From NCBI GenBank assembly GCA_030648515.1, contig JAUSHK010000004.1, positions 1-54,985 of the forward strand: 54,985 bases of DNA. Direction: 5' to 3'. Under the pieces are notes generated by a model. That model saw only the letters and a list, made by a program, of their open reading frames with translations. It was not told the origin of the DNA and did not search any database. The DNA comes from Candidatus Jorgensenbacteria bacterium (GTDB taxonomy: Bacteria > Patescibacteriota > Minisyncoccia > UBA6257 > GWB1-50-10). This document shows, piece by piece, positions 35,217 to 43,080 of this stretch. The position numbers and the translations under genes were made by a program. Positions within the stretch are counted from its first letter, which is position 1. Each line of letters opens with the position of its first letter.

Positions 35217-36278
35217 ATGCTTAAAGACGAGGAAATAAAAAAATTCATAGAGGGGAAGGTAGTCCTGGTTACTGGCGGCACCGGCTCGTTCGGAAACGCT
35301 GTCGTAAAAAAGCTTCTTCCGTTAAATCCCAAGCAGATTATTGTTTATAGCCGCGACGAAAAGAAGCAATTTGATATGGCAAACACTTTCGCGAACAGCG
35401 ACGGCAAGCTTAGATTTTTTATCGGAGACGTGCGAGACGCAGCCCGCGTTAATTATATTATGAAGACGGTTGATATCGTGTTTCAGGCGGCCGCGTTAAA
35501 ACAGGTTCCGAACTGCGAATTTTTCCCTGTTGAGGCGCTTATGACAAACACGATAGGAGTGCATAATATCGTTTCCGCGGCAGCCCACCATGATGTAGAG
35601 CGCGTTGTTGTTCTCTCAACTGATAAGGCATGCTATCCGGTTAATGTCATGGGAATGACAAAGGCCTTGAGCGAACGCGTTATGATTGCGCAATCGAGGG
35701 AACACGAGGGGCGGACGGCTTTTTGCGGGACGCGTTACGGGAACGTAATGTATACAAGAGGGTCCGTTATCCCGTTTTTTATTGACCTTATGAAACAGGG
35801 GAAGCAGCTTATCATGACTAACCGCAATATGACGAGATTTATGATGCCACTTGATGAGTCGGTTGACTTGGTGCTTTACGCGATGGCGCACGGAAAGAGC
35901 GGAGAAATTTACGTAAGAAAATCTCCAGCGGTTACGATAGGCAACCTTACAAAAGCTTTGGCGGATCTTTTCTCGTATGATAAGGAGATAAAAGAAATCG
36001 GTACGCGTCCTGGCGAGAAGCTTCACGAAACTCTTATCACGAGTGAAGAAGCTGTGCGGGTGGAGGATTGTGGTGAATATTATAAAATAAATCCAGAAGT
36101 ACCGAAGATGGATATGAAAAAATATTATTTCAACAGTGCTGAAAAGGGCTCTATTGTTCCGTCTGACGGATACACCTCCGCAAACACGCGGCTTTTAACC
36201 GTTGCGGAAACAAAGGAGATGCTTCTTGCGCTTCCCGAAGTTCAAGAAGAGCTTAAGAATTGGAAGAAAAAGAGTTAA
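35217..36278 (+). CDS. fnlA: UDP-GlcNAc 4,6-dehydratase/5-epimerase (CapE/FnlA/WbjB type)
   Basis: VTGGTGSFGNAV, AAALKQVPNCEFFPVEA, MGMTKALSERV (the MxxxK that distinguishes CapE/FnlA) and GTRYGNVMYTRGSVIPFF. Confidence 0.85.
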   Translation: MLKDEEIKKFIEGKVVLVTGGTGSFGNAVVKKLLPLNPKQIIVYSRDEKKQFDMANTFANSDGKLRFFIGDVRDAARVNYIMKTVDIVFQAAALKQVPNCEFFPVEALMTNTIGVHNIVSAAAHHDVERVVVLSTDKACYPVNVMGMTKALSERVMIAQSREHEGRTAFCGTRYGNVMYTRGSVIPFFIDLMKQGKQLIMTNRNMTRFMMPLDESVDLVLYAMAHGKSGEIYVRKSPAVTIGNLTKALADLFSYDKEIKEIGTRPGEKLHETLITSEEAVRVEDCGEYYKINPEVPKMDMKKYYFNSAEKGSIVPSDGYTSANTRLLTVAETKEMLLALPEVQEELKNWKKKS

Positions 36279-36303
36279 AAGTTAAGTCGGAATTTATAAC
36301 AAG

Positions 36304-37053
36304 ATGAATATTCGAGTTGGCATTACTGGCGCTGGTGGGTTTCTAGGTGGTCATATTTCACGCGCTCTCGCGGCTCATGGCGGGGCTAGCATTTCGAAGT
36401 GTGATGTTTCGAAGGGGTGTAATCTTATTGACCCGCGCGCGGCCGAGCGGTTTGTTTGCGATAAAGACGTTATTATCCATGCGGCTGCGGTTAGCAGGGG
36501 TAGCGATGCCGATATTATTGCTGGGAGTGTAGTAGCGACGTGGAACCTTCTATCAGCTGCCGCTGCGCTCAAAAAAAAGCCAAAGATAATTTTTTTCTCG
36601 TCCATTCACGCGGCGTCTTTTGATAATACATACGGAATAAGCAAAAAACTTACCGAGGTAATGCTTGAAGATTTTGCAAAACGCCTTGGCGTTCCGGTTT
36701 CTATTTTCCGCCTTACGAACGTATTCGGCGAAGGATCAAAGCCTTTTTACACTTCTGTCGTAGCGACTTTTTGCTACCAGCTTTCACATGGCAAAAAACC
36801 CACCGTAAGCCCGCTTGCGAGAAAAGTTACCTTCATCTATGTTGGAGATGTCGTGAGACTGATTGCGCGAGAAGTATTTACCAAAAGACGCGGAAAGTTC
36901 TATTTCAAACACGTTGCATCAAAAAATCAGATTACTGTGCCGCAGCTCGCCGCGCTGCTTCAAAAACTTTCATCAATGAAAAACGAGAGCGAGCTCAAAT
37001 CTAAATTTGAACGAGATCTTTATAGGACATATAAATCATATACGAAGGCATGA
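36304..37053 (+). CDS. capF: CapF/FnlB/WbjC N-terminal SDR (reductase) domain as a stand-alone protein
   Basis: ITGAGGFLG, YGISKK, SVVATFCYQLSHGKK and FERDLYRTYKSY are collinear with S. aureus CapF residues ~1-250. Confidence 0.8.
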   Translation: MNIRVGITGAGGFLGGHISRALAAHGGASISKCDVSKGCNLIDPRAAERFVCDKDVIIHAAAVSRGSDADIIAGSVVATWNLLSAAAALKKKPKIIFFSSIHAASFDNTYGISKKLTEVMLEDFAKRLGVPVSIFRLTNVFGEGSKPFYTSVVATFCYQLSHGKKPTVSPLARKVTFIYVGDVVRLIAREVFTKRRGKFYFKHVASKNQITVPQLAALLQKLSSMKNESELKSKFERDLYRTYKSYTKA

Positions 37054-37421
37054 ATAAATTTTTAGACATAAAAGGCGACGAGCGCGGAATCTTTGTTGAG
37101 GTTTTTAAAATCCCTGGTGTAGGCCAGGCGTCATACTCCACGACGAAAAGGCGGGGGATTGTGCGCGGCAATCATTACCACACGCACAAGATTGAGTTGT
37201 TCTGTGTTATTGAGGGAGAAGCAAAAATACGGCTTCGGAATCGCGCGGATAATGAGATAAGAGAATATATTGTTTCCGGCGAGAAGCCCGAGCTTGTAGA
37301 AATGATACCGAACTGGACGCATAATATTGAAAATGTGGGCGAGGGCGAAATGAAACTTCTTATATGGGCGAACGAGGTTTTTGATCCGCAAAATCCTGAT
37401 ACATTCGCGGAAGTTGTGTAA
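37050..37421 (+). CDS. capF: CapF/FnlB/WbjC C-terminal cupin (3-epimerase) domain as a stand-alone protein
   Basis: DERGIFVEVFK, VRGNHYHTHKIELF, REYIVSGEKPELVEMIPNWTHNIENVG and FDPQNPDTF match the CapF cupin domain. ATGA overlap with the SDR half. Confidence 0.8.
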   Translation: MNKFLDIKGDERGIFVEVFKIPGVGQASYSTTKRRGIVRGNHYHTHKIELFCVIEGEAKIRLRNRADNEIREYIVSGEKPELVEMIPNWTHNIENVGEGEMKLLIWANEVFDPQNPDTFAEVV

Positions 37422-37433
37422 TATTTGGAAAAA

Positions 37434-37466
37434 CAAAAAAAGACCTCAAAATTTTGAGGCCTTTTT
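37434..37466. terminator. Bidirectional terminator
   Basis: aaaaaaa-ga-cctcaaaattttgagg-cc-ttttt, a perfect 16-bp palindrome. Confidence 0.75.
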
Positions 37467-37489
37467 ATATTAATTGTGACTTTTTTATA

Positions 37490-38164
37490 TTAATTGCGGC
37501 AAGCCAAGTCCGCTTGTACTAAAGGCTGGCTGTATGCCCAGCTTAAATATTTCATCAATTCTTCCATGGTCGCAACGTCACCTTTTTCCTGATATTCGGT
37601 GATGCGTTTTAATTCGCCTGGGACCATGTCCGTTTGTTTTTTTTTGGTTTCCGGTACTATATAATCCGGCGGTAATGGGGTTGGAGATGGAATTATTATG
37701 ACATTCATCCCCCTTTTAATGAATGTTTTTAGGAGCGTGAGATATGCCCGTAACATATGGTACGGACTTACACACAACGTCAAACTGATAATTTTTCCCT
37801 CCGCTACTATGCGAGCTACCCATTTAGTTTGTTCCGGTGTATTTTTCGCGTCCCCTTGGGAAAATACCCCACCAATGCGGAGCAAATTGAATGGTTCTTT
37901 TTGTAGATTTTCCAAGTTCCGAATGACGGAGTTTTTCTCGTTTGGGTTTTGCCCGGCAATTAATAAGTGTTTTACGGTACAATTTTCCTTATTCCACTCC
38001 TTAATAGCATCCGATTCGCGCCGCCATTCTCCGAGGCCGGGGAAGACCACCAATGCGTCTACTTTCGATGCGAACCGGCTTAGAGGCATGATGTAAGCAA
38101 GCATGGCGACAAAAGTACTTGCTGGCGTGGCCTCTATAATTCTTGACTGCGGTGTTGCTTCCAT
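37490..38164 (-). CDS. DUF218 (YdcF/ElyC/SanA-like) domain protein
   Basis: VDALVVFPGLG, LLIAGQN and KNTPEQTKW...ISLTLCVSPYHMLRAYLT follow the DUF218 pattern (..VLG.., ..SGG.., NT.ENA...LVTS..HM.RA). AAGGAG SD. Confidence 0.6.
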   Translation of the reverse strand: MEATPQSRIIEATPASTFVAMLAYIMPLSRFASKVDALVVFPGLGEWRRESDAIKEWNKENCTVKHLLIAGQNPNEKNSVIRNLENLQKEPFNLLRIGGVFSQGDAKNTPEQTKWVARIVAEGKIISLTLCVSPYHMLRAYLTLLKTFIKRGMNVIIIPSPTPLPPDYIVPETKKKQTDMVPGELKRITEYQEKGDVATMEELMKYLSWAYSQPLVQADLACRN

Positions 38165-38224
38165 AGAATCCGCTCCTTATTTAGTTATATTTATCCAACT
38201 ACACTGAATTAAATTACTTCTTGC

Positions 38225-38253
38225 ATGCTAGCACGCTTTTCCCCCTCTGTCAA
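38225..38253 (-). promoter_or_regulatory. Sigma70-like promoter for 37490..38164
   Basis: On the minus strand: TTGACA-17 nt-TAGCAT. Confidence 0.55.
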
Positions 38254-38263
38254 TAGTATGTTA

Positions 38264-38292
38264 TTGACATTTTTGTTTGTGCGTGCTAGATT
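38264..38292 (+). promoter_or_regulatory. Sigma70-like promoter for 38367..39080
   Basis: TTGACA-17 nt-TAGATT. It is a mirror image of the divergent promoter, with the two -35 hexamers 10 bp apart. Confidence 0.55.
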
Positions 38293-38366
38293 GTGTTTAG
38301 CAACAAAAGGACGTTTTAGGCGTTCTTAATTAATTAAAAATCAACTAATAGGAAAGGAGAGTAGTT

Positions 38367-39080
38367 ATGATAGAAAAAGCTTATTTAGATCTTTTCAGGG
38401 CGGCGACAATGCTGTCGTCCGACAGGCCTTCGGACAAGGTTAATGCCGTTTACCTTCACGGGCTCAGTGAAGGTATGGTGGAATCCGCTGGTATTTTTAA
38501 GAAGGCCGTGGATATGGTTACTTTTGGCTCCATGGGAAGACAAGCGGAGTTTATTGCCTTTAATGGTTCTCGTGGCGAAGGCATGGGTGAACAAAACAGG
38601 CCGGGTGCGGCATGGCCAGGTAGTGAATACTACATAAAAGAACTCACGACCGAACTAACTTCGCATCACTCTTTGGCTAATACACCTAATATACTTGTTC
38701 CAACCGGTCCGGGATTTCATACGCGGAGCGAGACTGACGAACTGGTTTTAACTGCGAAAGAGCGCGGCTGGAAATCGGTCGCGATTATGTCCGTGGCGTG
38801 GCACTCAGTGCGTTCTATGTCTTGTGTTGTTGCAAGCATGTACGCGCTCGGGTATCAATTCAAGGCGTATTTCGTTACGCCAAACAGTACGAATTGGTGG
38901 CTGCCCATGAAGGGAAGCCAGGGGATTGCGGACACAATTCCTTTCGCCGAAGTTCTTGCCGAGATCGACAGGATTTTGAAATACTGGTCTCGAGGAGAAG
39001 GAGATGGGTGGAGAAAAGGTTACGGCGCTCCTCCTGAAATGCTTTTTGATTATCTACACAAGAGAGAAGAAATAGAATAA
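38367..39080 (+). CDS. Divergent DUF218-like protein
   Basis: AVYLHG, IAFNGSRGEG and HTRSETDELV...KSVAIMSVAWHSVRSM show the same block order as DUF218. AAGGAG SD. Confidence 0.5.
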   Translation: MIEKAYLDLFRAATMLSSDRPSDKVNAVYLHGLSEGMVESAGIFKKAVDMVTFGSMGRQAEFIAFNGSRGEGMGEQNRPGAAWPGSEYYIKELTTELTSHHSLANTPNILVPTGPGFHTRSETDELVLTAKERGWKSVAIMSVAWHSVRSMSCVVASMYALGYQFKAYFVTPNSTNWWLPMKGSQGIADTIPFAEVLAEIDRILKYWSRGEGDGWRKGYGAPPEMLFDYLHKREEIE

Positions 39081-39102
39081 ACATCTTCTATTGTGCGGGT
39101 AG

Positions 39103-39131
39103 GGGCTGGTGATTTTCACTAGCCCTTTTTT
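39103..39131 (+). terminator. Rho-independent terminator
   Basis: gggctggtg-atttt-cactagccc followed by tttttt. Confidence 0.75.
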
Positions 39132-39166
39132 ATTTATTAAATAAACGACTTTTTAAATGTAAATAT

Positions 39167-39195
39167 TTGCACTAGTTGGCGAGTTAATGTATTAT
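39167..39195 (+). promoter_or_regulatory. Sigma70-like promoter (extended -10) for the 2-epimerase/GT4 genes
   Basis: TTGCAC-17 nt-(TG)TATTAT. The ORF-track start at 39187 lies inside this promoter. Confidence 0.55.
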
Positions 39196-39207
39196 AGAAA
39201 CACTAAT

Positions 39208-40350
39208 ATGGCTAAGGAAAAACCTTTCAAACCTCTCAAAATAATGACCATTTTCGGGACGCGGCCGGAGATTATCCGGCTTTCGCGGGTTTTTGCCGAG
39301 CTTGATAAATATGTCAATCATATTATGGTCCATACCGGCCAGAGCTATGACTATGAGATGAACCAGGTTTTTTTTGACGATTTGAAAGTACGGAAGCCCG
39401 ATTATTTTCTTGAAGTGAAATCTGAAACCTTGGGCGGGCAGATTGCGAATATTATTTTGAAAAGCGAAGAAGTATTAAAAAAAGAAATGCCGGATGCGGT
39501 TTTGATTTTGGGAGACACAAACAGCGCGCTTGCGGCGATAGTCGCGAAGCGGATGAAAATACCGATATTTCATATGGAGGCGGGGAACCGCTCGTTTGAT
39601 GAGAACGTTCCCGAGGAAACCAACCGGAGGATTGTTGACCATATCAGCGACATTAATATGCCCTACAGCGAAAACGCGCGGACATATCTTATTCGGGAAG
39701 GCGTGCATCCGGGAACCATATATACGACGGGATCGCCGTTCGGGGAAATCTACGCTCACTACAAGAGCGCTATAGATAAATCAACCATTTTGAAAGAATT
39801 AAAACTGCTCCCTAAAAAATATTTTGTAGCGAGCATGCACAGAGAAGAAAATGTTGAGAGCAAGGAGTTGCTTGCGAAACTTATTGATTCTTTAAACGCC
39901 GTTGCGGAGACGTACAAAATGCCGATTATTATGAGCACTCATCCGAGGACGGCTAAGCGGCTCGCGGAATATAAATTTAAGGCGAACGCACTGATTAACT
40001 TCCATAAGCCGATGGGTTATTTTGACTACAACAAGCTCCAAAAAAATGCCTTTTGTGTTTTATCAGACAGCGGCACCATACATGAGGAATCTTCCATTAT
40101 GGGTTTTCCGGCGGTTCAGGTCAGAGTAAGTTCAGAAAGGCCAGAAGCGTTTGATGAGGGAGTTGCGATTCTTTCGGGGTTAGACAAGGACATAATTTTA
40201 CACGCGATAGACACAACAATAGGTCAATTAGCTGTTGGGGAAAAATTCAACATTCCTTTGGCTTACCGAGCCACTAATGTTTCTGGAAAAGTATTGCGTT
40301 TAATCGTGGGCCTTACCAAGATAGTGAAAAAGAGAAGGGCGCTTAACTAA
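39208..40350 (+). CDS. fnlC: UDP-N-acetylhexosamine 2-epimerase, non-hydrolysing (FnlC/CapG/WecB family)
   Basis: IMTIFGTRPEIIRL, LGDTNS, EAGNRSFDENVPEE.NRRI.DH and DSGTI.EES. Confidence 0.85.
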   Translation: MAKEKPFKPLKIMTIFGTRPEIIRLSRVFAELDKYVNHIMVHTGQSYDYEMNQVFFDDLKVRKPDYFLEVKSETLGGQIANIILKSEEVLKKEMPDAVLILGDTNSALAAIVAKRMKIPIFHMEAGNRSFDENVPEETNRRIVDHISDINMPYSENARTYLIREGVHPGTIYTTGSPFGEIYAHYKSAIDKSTILKELKLLPKKYFVASMHREENVESKELLAKLIDSLNAVAETYKMPIIMSTHPRTAKRLAEYKFKANALINFHKPMGYFDYNKLQKNAFCVLSDSGTIHEESSIMGFPAVQVRVSSERPEAFDEGVAILSGLDKDIILHAIDTTIGQLAVGEKFNIPLAYRATNVSGKVLRLIVGLTKIVKKRRALN

Positions 40351-40357
40351 AATAGGA

Positions 40358-41593
40358 ATGAAAATCCTAATTGCTGCCGATGTTTACCCGCCGGAGGTTT
40401 CTTCTGCTGCAAACCTTATGGCAGAGCTTGCCGAAGGGCTTGTAAAGCGCGGGCACGCTGTAACAGTAGTGACATCATATCCGCGTCACTATTTAACAGA
40501 CGCCTCAAAAGGGAAGACGTTCCTATCGAGGGAGACGGTGCATGGCGTTGATGTTTTGCGCGTAAAGACGTTGCCGCTCCATAAAGTAAATTACATCGTG
40601 CGTGGAATTTCCCAGCTCATTCTTCCGTTTCTGTTTTTCCGTGCCGTAAAACGGTCCGTGCAAAACGGTGTTGACGCGGTAATCATATACAGCCCGCCGC
40701 TTCCGCTCGCTGTTCTCGGGGTGCTCGTGAAACGCCGCTATAAGGCGCGGTTCCTTTTGAATCTCCAGGATATTTTTCCGCAGAACGCAATTGATCTCGG
40801 TATTCTGACTATAAAACCGCTCATTATGTTTTTTGAGTGGATTGAAAAAATAGTTTATAAGAGAGCCGACGTTATAACGTTTCATTCTCCAGGCGGAAGA
40901 AAATTTCTTATTGAGAAAAAAGGAGTGCCGTCTGAAAAAATAGTTACGCTTATGAACTGGGTTGATGTTGATTCTTATCAGCGCTTCCCAAATATTACCC
41001 CGCCGTTCCGAGAGCGCTATCATCTGGCAAACAAATTCATTTTTCTTTTCGCGGGAATTTTCGGCCCGGCACAAGGACTTGAGTTTCTTATGCGTGTCGC
41101 GCGCGAGGTTCAGGATATTTCTGATATTGTGTTTCTTCTCGTCGGAGACGGCGTTGAGAAAGAGAAAATGACGCGCCTGGTTTCGGAATGGAAATTGAAG
41201 AATGTTATTATCCAACCGTTTATCCCGCAAACAGAATATCCGGCGCTTGTGCATGAGAGCGATGTTGGCGTGGTGTGTCTGAGTGAGAAGAATAAAACCT
41301 CGTTTGTGCCAGGTAAGCTTCTCGGATATCTTGCCGCTGGGAAACCTGCCGTCTCGTTTTTAAACAAGGAAAGCGACGGGTTTGAAGTGATGCGTGACGC
41401 GCAGTGCGGATATGCGAGCGTGGCGGGGGATTTATCCGCCGCTGTTTCGCTTGTGCGGAAGATGTATTCCGAACGGACAACGCTCGCGAAGCTTGGGGAA
41501 AGCGGACTTGCGTACGCCAGAAAAAATTTGGCGCTTGATAGCTGTTTGGAAAAGATTGAAAAACTTGTAGCTTCTCCAAATCACGCGGCGTAG
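40358..41593 (+). CDS. Glycosyltransferase family 4 (WbuB-like, candidate L-FucNAc transferase)
   Basis: MKILIAADVYPPEVSSAANLMAELAEGLVKRGH is the typical WbuB-type N-terminus. The gene lies immediately after fnlC, as in fnlABC-wbuB loci. Confidence 0.75.
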   Translation: MKILIAADVYPPEVSSAANLMAELAEGLVKRGHAVTVVTSYPRHYLTDASKGKTFLSRETVHGVDVLRVKTLPLHKVNYIVRGISQLILPFLFFRAVKRSVQNGVDAVIIYSPPLPLAVLGVLVKRRYKARFLLNLQDIFPQNAIDLGILTIKPLIMFFEWIEKIVYKRADVITFHSPGGRKFLIEKKGVPSEKIVTLMNWVDVDSYQRFPNITPPFRERYHLANKFIFLFAGIFGPAQGLEFLMRVAREVQDISDIVFLLVGDGVEKEKMTRLVSEWKLKNVIIQPFIPQTEYPALVHESDVGVVCLSEKNKTSFVPGKLLGYLAAGKPAVSFLNKESDGFEVMRDAQCGYASVAGDLSAAVSLVRKMYSERTTLAKLGESGLAYARKNLALDSCLEKIEKLVASPNHAA

Positions 41594-41607
41594 AAATACT
41601 GAAATTC

Positions 41608-43080
41608 CTACGTTCTTGCCGTCCGGATCATTCCTTTGATTTCTCCAACGATGTGCTCTTTGAGGAGATAAAGGCAAATGAGATAGGCGGCGCCTGACGC
41701 AGCTATAGTTATAAGAACGTGGAATCCGAGGCGGTTTAAAAAGTACGCCACAATACCCATAAGAACAGACGCGATAAATGACTTTCTGATGTGAAACAGC
41801 GCCCGGAAAAAATTAATCTTTTTCGCGAGATTCCATAGGAAGATATTGTACATTATCTGTACGGCAAGCGTTGAGAGCGCCACGCCGGCTATACCGAGGA
41901 GCGGAAGGAGAAGTACATCGAGTACAACGTTGCCGATTGATGTAAGCGCTACGTACACTGCTACGCTTTTTTGGCGGTCATACGCTAGAATGAGATTTCC
42001 TAGAAGCATCCCAGGGAAAACCACAAGCACGGTTGATATCAAAATCTGAAACACCGCCGCTCCTGGAAGATATTCAGCGCCATACAGAAACAAAATGATT
42101 GGCTTTCCGAGCACGATGCCTCCTGTGGCGAGCGGAAATGCTAAGAGAAATATTGCCGCGGCGCCTTTTTCCATAATAGAGGCGACTTTTTTAGGATCAT
42201 GCGCGCTGACAGCGCGAGAGAGCGCAGGAAAAAGCGCGCTCGTGATGATTGAAGGAATTGTATAAAGCACCTGCACGACTTTCTGTCCAGCTGAGTAATA
42301 TCCGATTTCCGCAGCGGTGCGCAACCAACCGAGAATAATAATATCTACGTTTAACATAAATGCTCCAAGAAGACTTGTAAGCGCAATCGGCCACGCTGAC
42401 CGTAAGAGCGGGCGGATGAGTGACCTGTCGAAATTTTTTATCACATGGAAAAATTCCTCGCGAAGTATGAAAGCCGCGGCAAGAAAGCCGGCTCCGGTGC
42501 TCGCGACATACGAAAGCGCGAATGAGCTCGCCGTTGCGGAAATTGAAATTGCGATGAAGCCAAATGCGGTGATTGAGATGTTCATGAGAACCGTGGTTAT
42601 TCCCTCATACTCCATTTTTTCCTTTGCGCGGAAGAACGTATTTGAAAATTCCCTGAGATTATCAAAAACAACCAGGAATGCCACGAACGGCAGAAGCGCG
42701 GTGGCGGCTTCCAGTTTTGAAAAATGCGGCGCGGCAAAAAGTATCAGAAGCGATGTTCCGAATAGTAGCATCGCTTTTATCCAGAATGCCGTCGAAAAAT
42801 ACAGCGAAGCTTTCTCCGGTTTCTGCGACACCTCACGAGTAAGAATCTGTCCGATGCCGATATCGGCGAAAATGGTAAAGAAACTAGCGAGTCCCAGTGC
42901 GTATGAAAAGATGCCGTACTCGGCGGCTCCTAACACTCTAGCGGCATAAATAATGATAACTGCGCGAATCAGGCGGCTTACAATCTGGCTGAATGTTAGC
43001 CAGAACATATTTTTTACGACAGTCTGACGCCCTCCCCGGTTATGAAAGAGGAGCTCTTTTATTTTCCGAAGTATGTTCAT
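41608..43080 (-). CDS. Wzx-type oligosaccharide flippase (MOP superfamily)
   Basis: 490 aa and about 14 hydrophobic segments. N-terminus NMFWLTFSQIVSRLIRAVIIIYAARVLG is typical of polysaccharide-biosynthesis flippases. Confidence 0.8.
   Translation of the reverse strand: MNILRKIKELLFHNRGGRQTVVKNMFWLTFSQIVSRLIRAVIIIYAARVLGAAEYGIFSYALGLASFFTIFADIGIGQILTREVSQKPEKASLYFSTAFWIKAMLLFGTSLLILFAAPHFSKLEAATALLPFVAFLVVFDNLREFSNTFFRAKEKMEYEGITTVLMNISITAFGFIAISISATASSFALSYVASTGAGFLAAAFILREEFFHVIKNFDRSLIRPLLRSAWPIALTSLLGAFMLNVDIIILGWLRTAAEIGYYSAGQKVVQVLYTIPSIITSALFPALSRAVSAHDPKKVASIMEKGAAAIFLLAFPLATGGIVLGKPIILFLYGAEYLPGAAVFQILISTVLVVFPGMLLGNLILAYDRQKSVAVYVALTSIGNVVLDVLLLPLLGIAGVALSTLAVQIMYNIFLWNLAKKINFFRALFHIRKSFIASVLMGIVAYFLNRLGFHVLITIAASGAAYLICLYLLKEHIVGEIKGMIRTART

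Noticed and set aside
37462-37496. 15-bp direct repeat tttttatattaattg (37462-37476 and 37482-37496) as a target-site duplication marking insertion of the DUF218 cassette
   Set aside because: Both copies are at the same end of the cassette. The far end (39126-39145) is only loosely similar AT-rich sequence. No recombinase or inverted terminal repeats are present. It is more likely a local duplication of the terminator tail.
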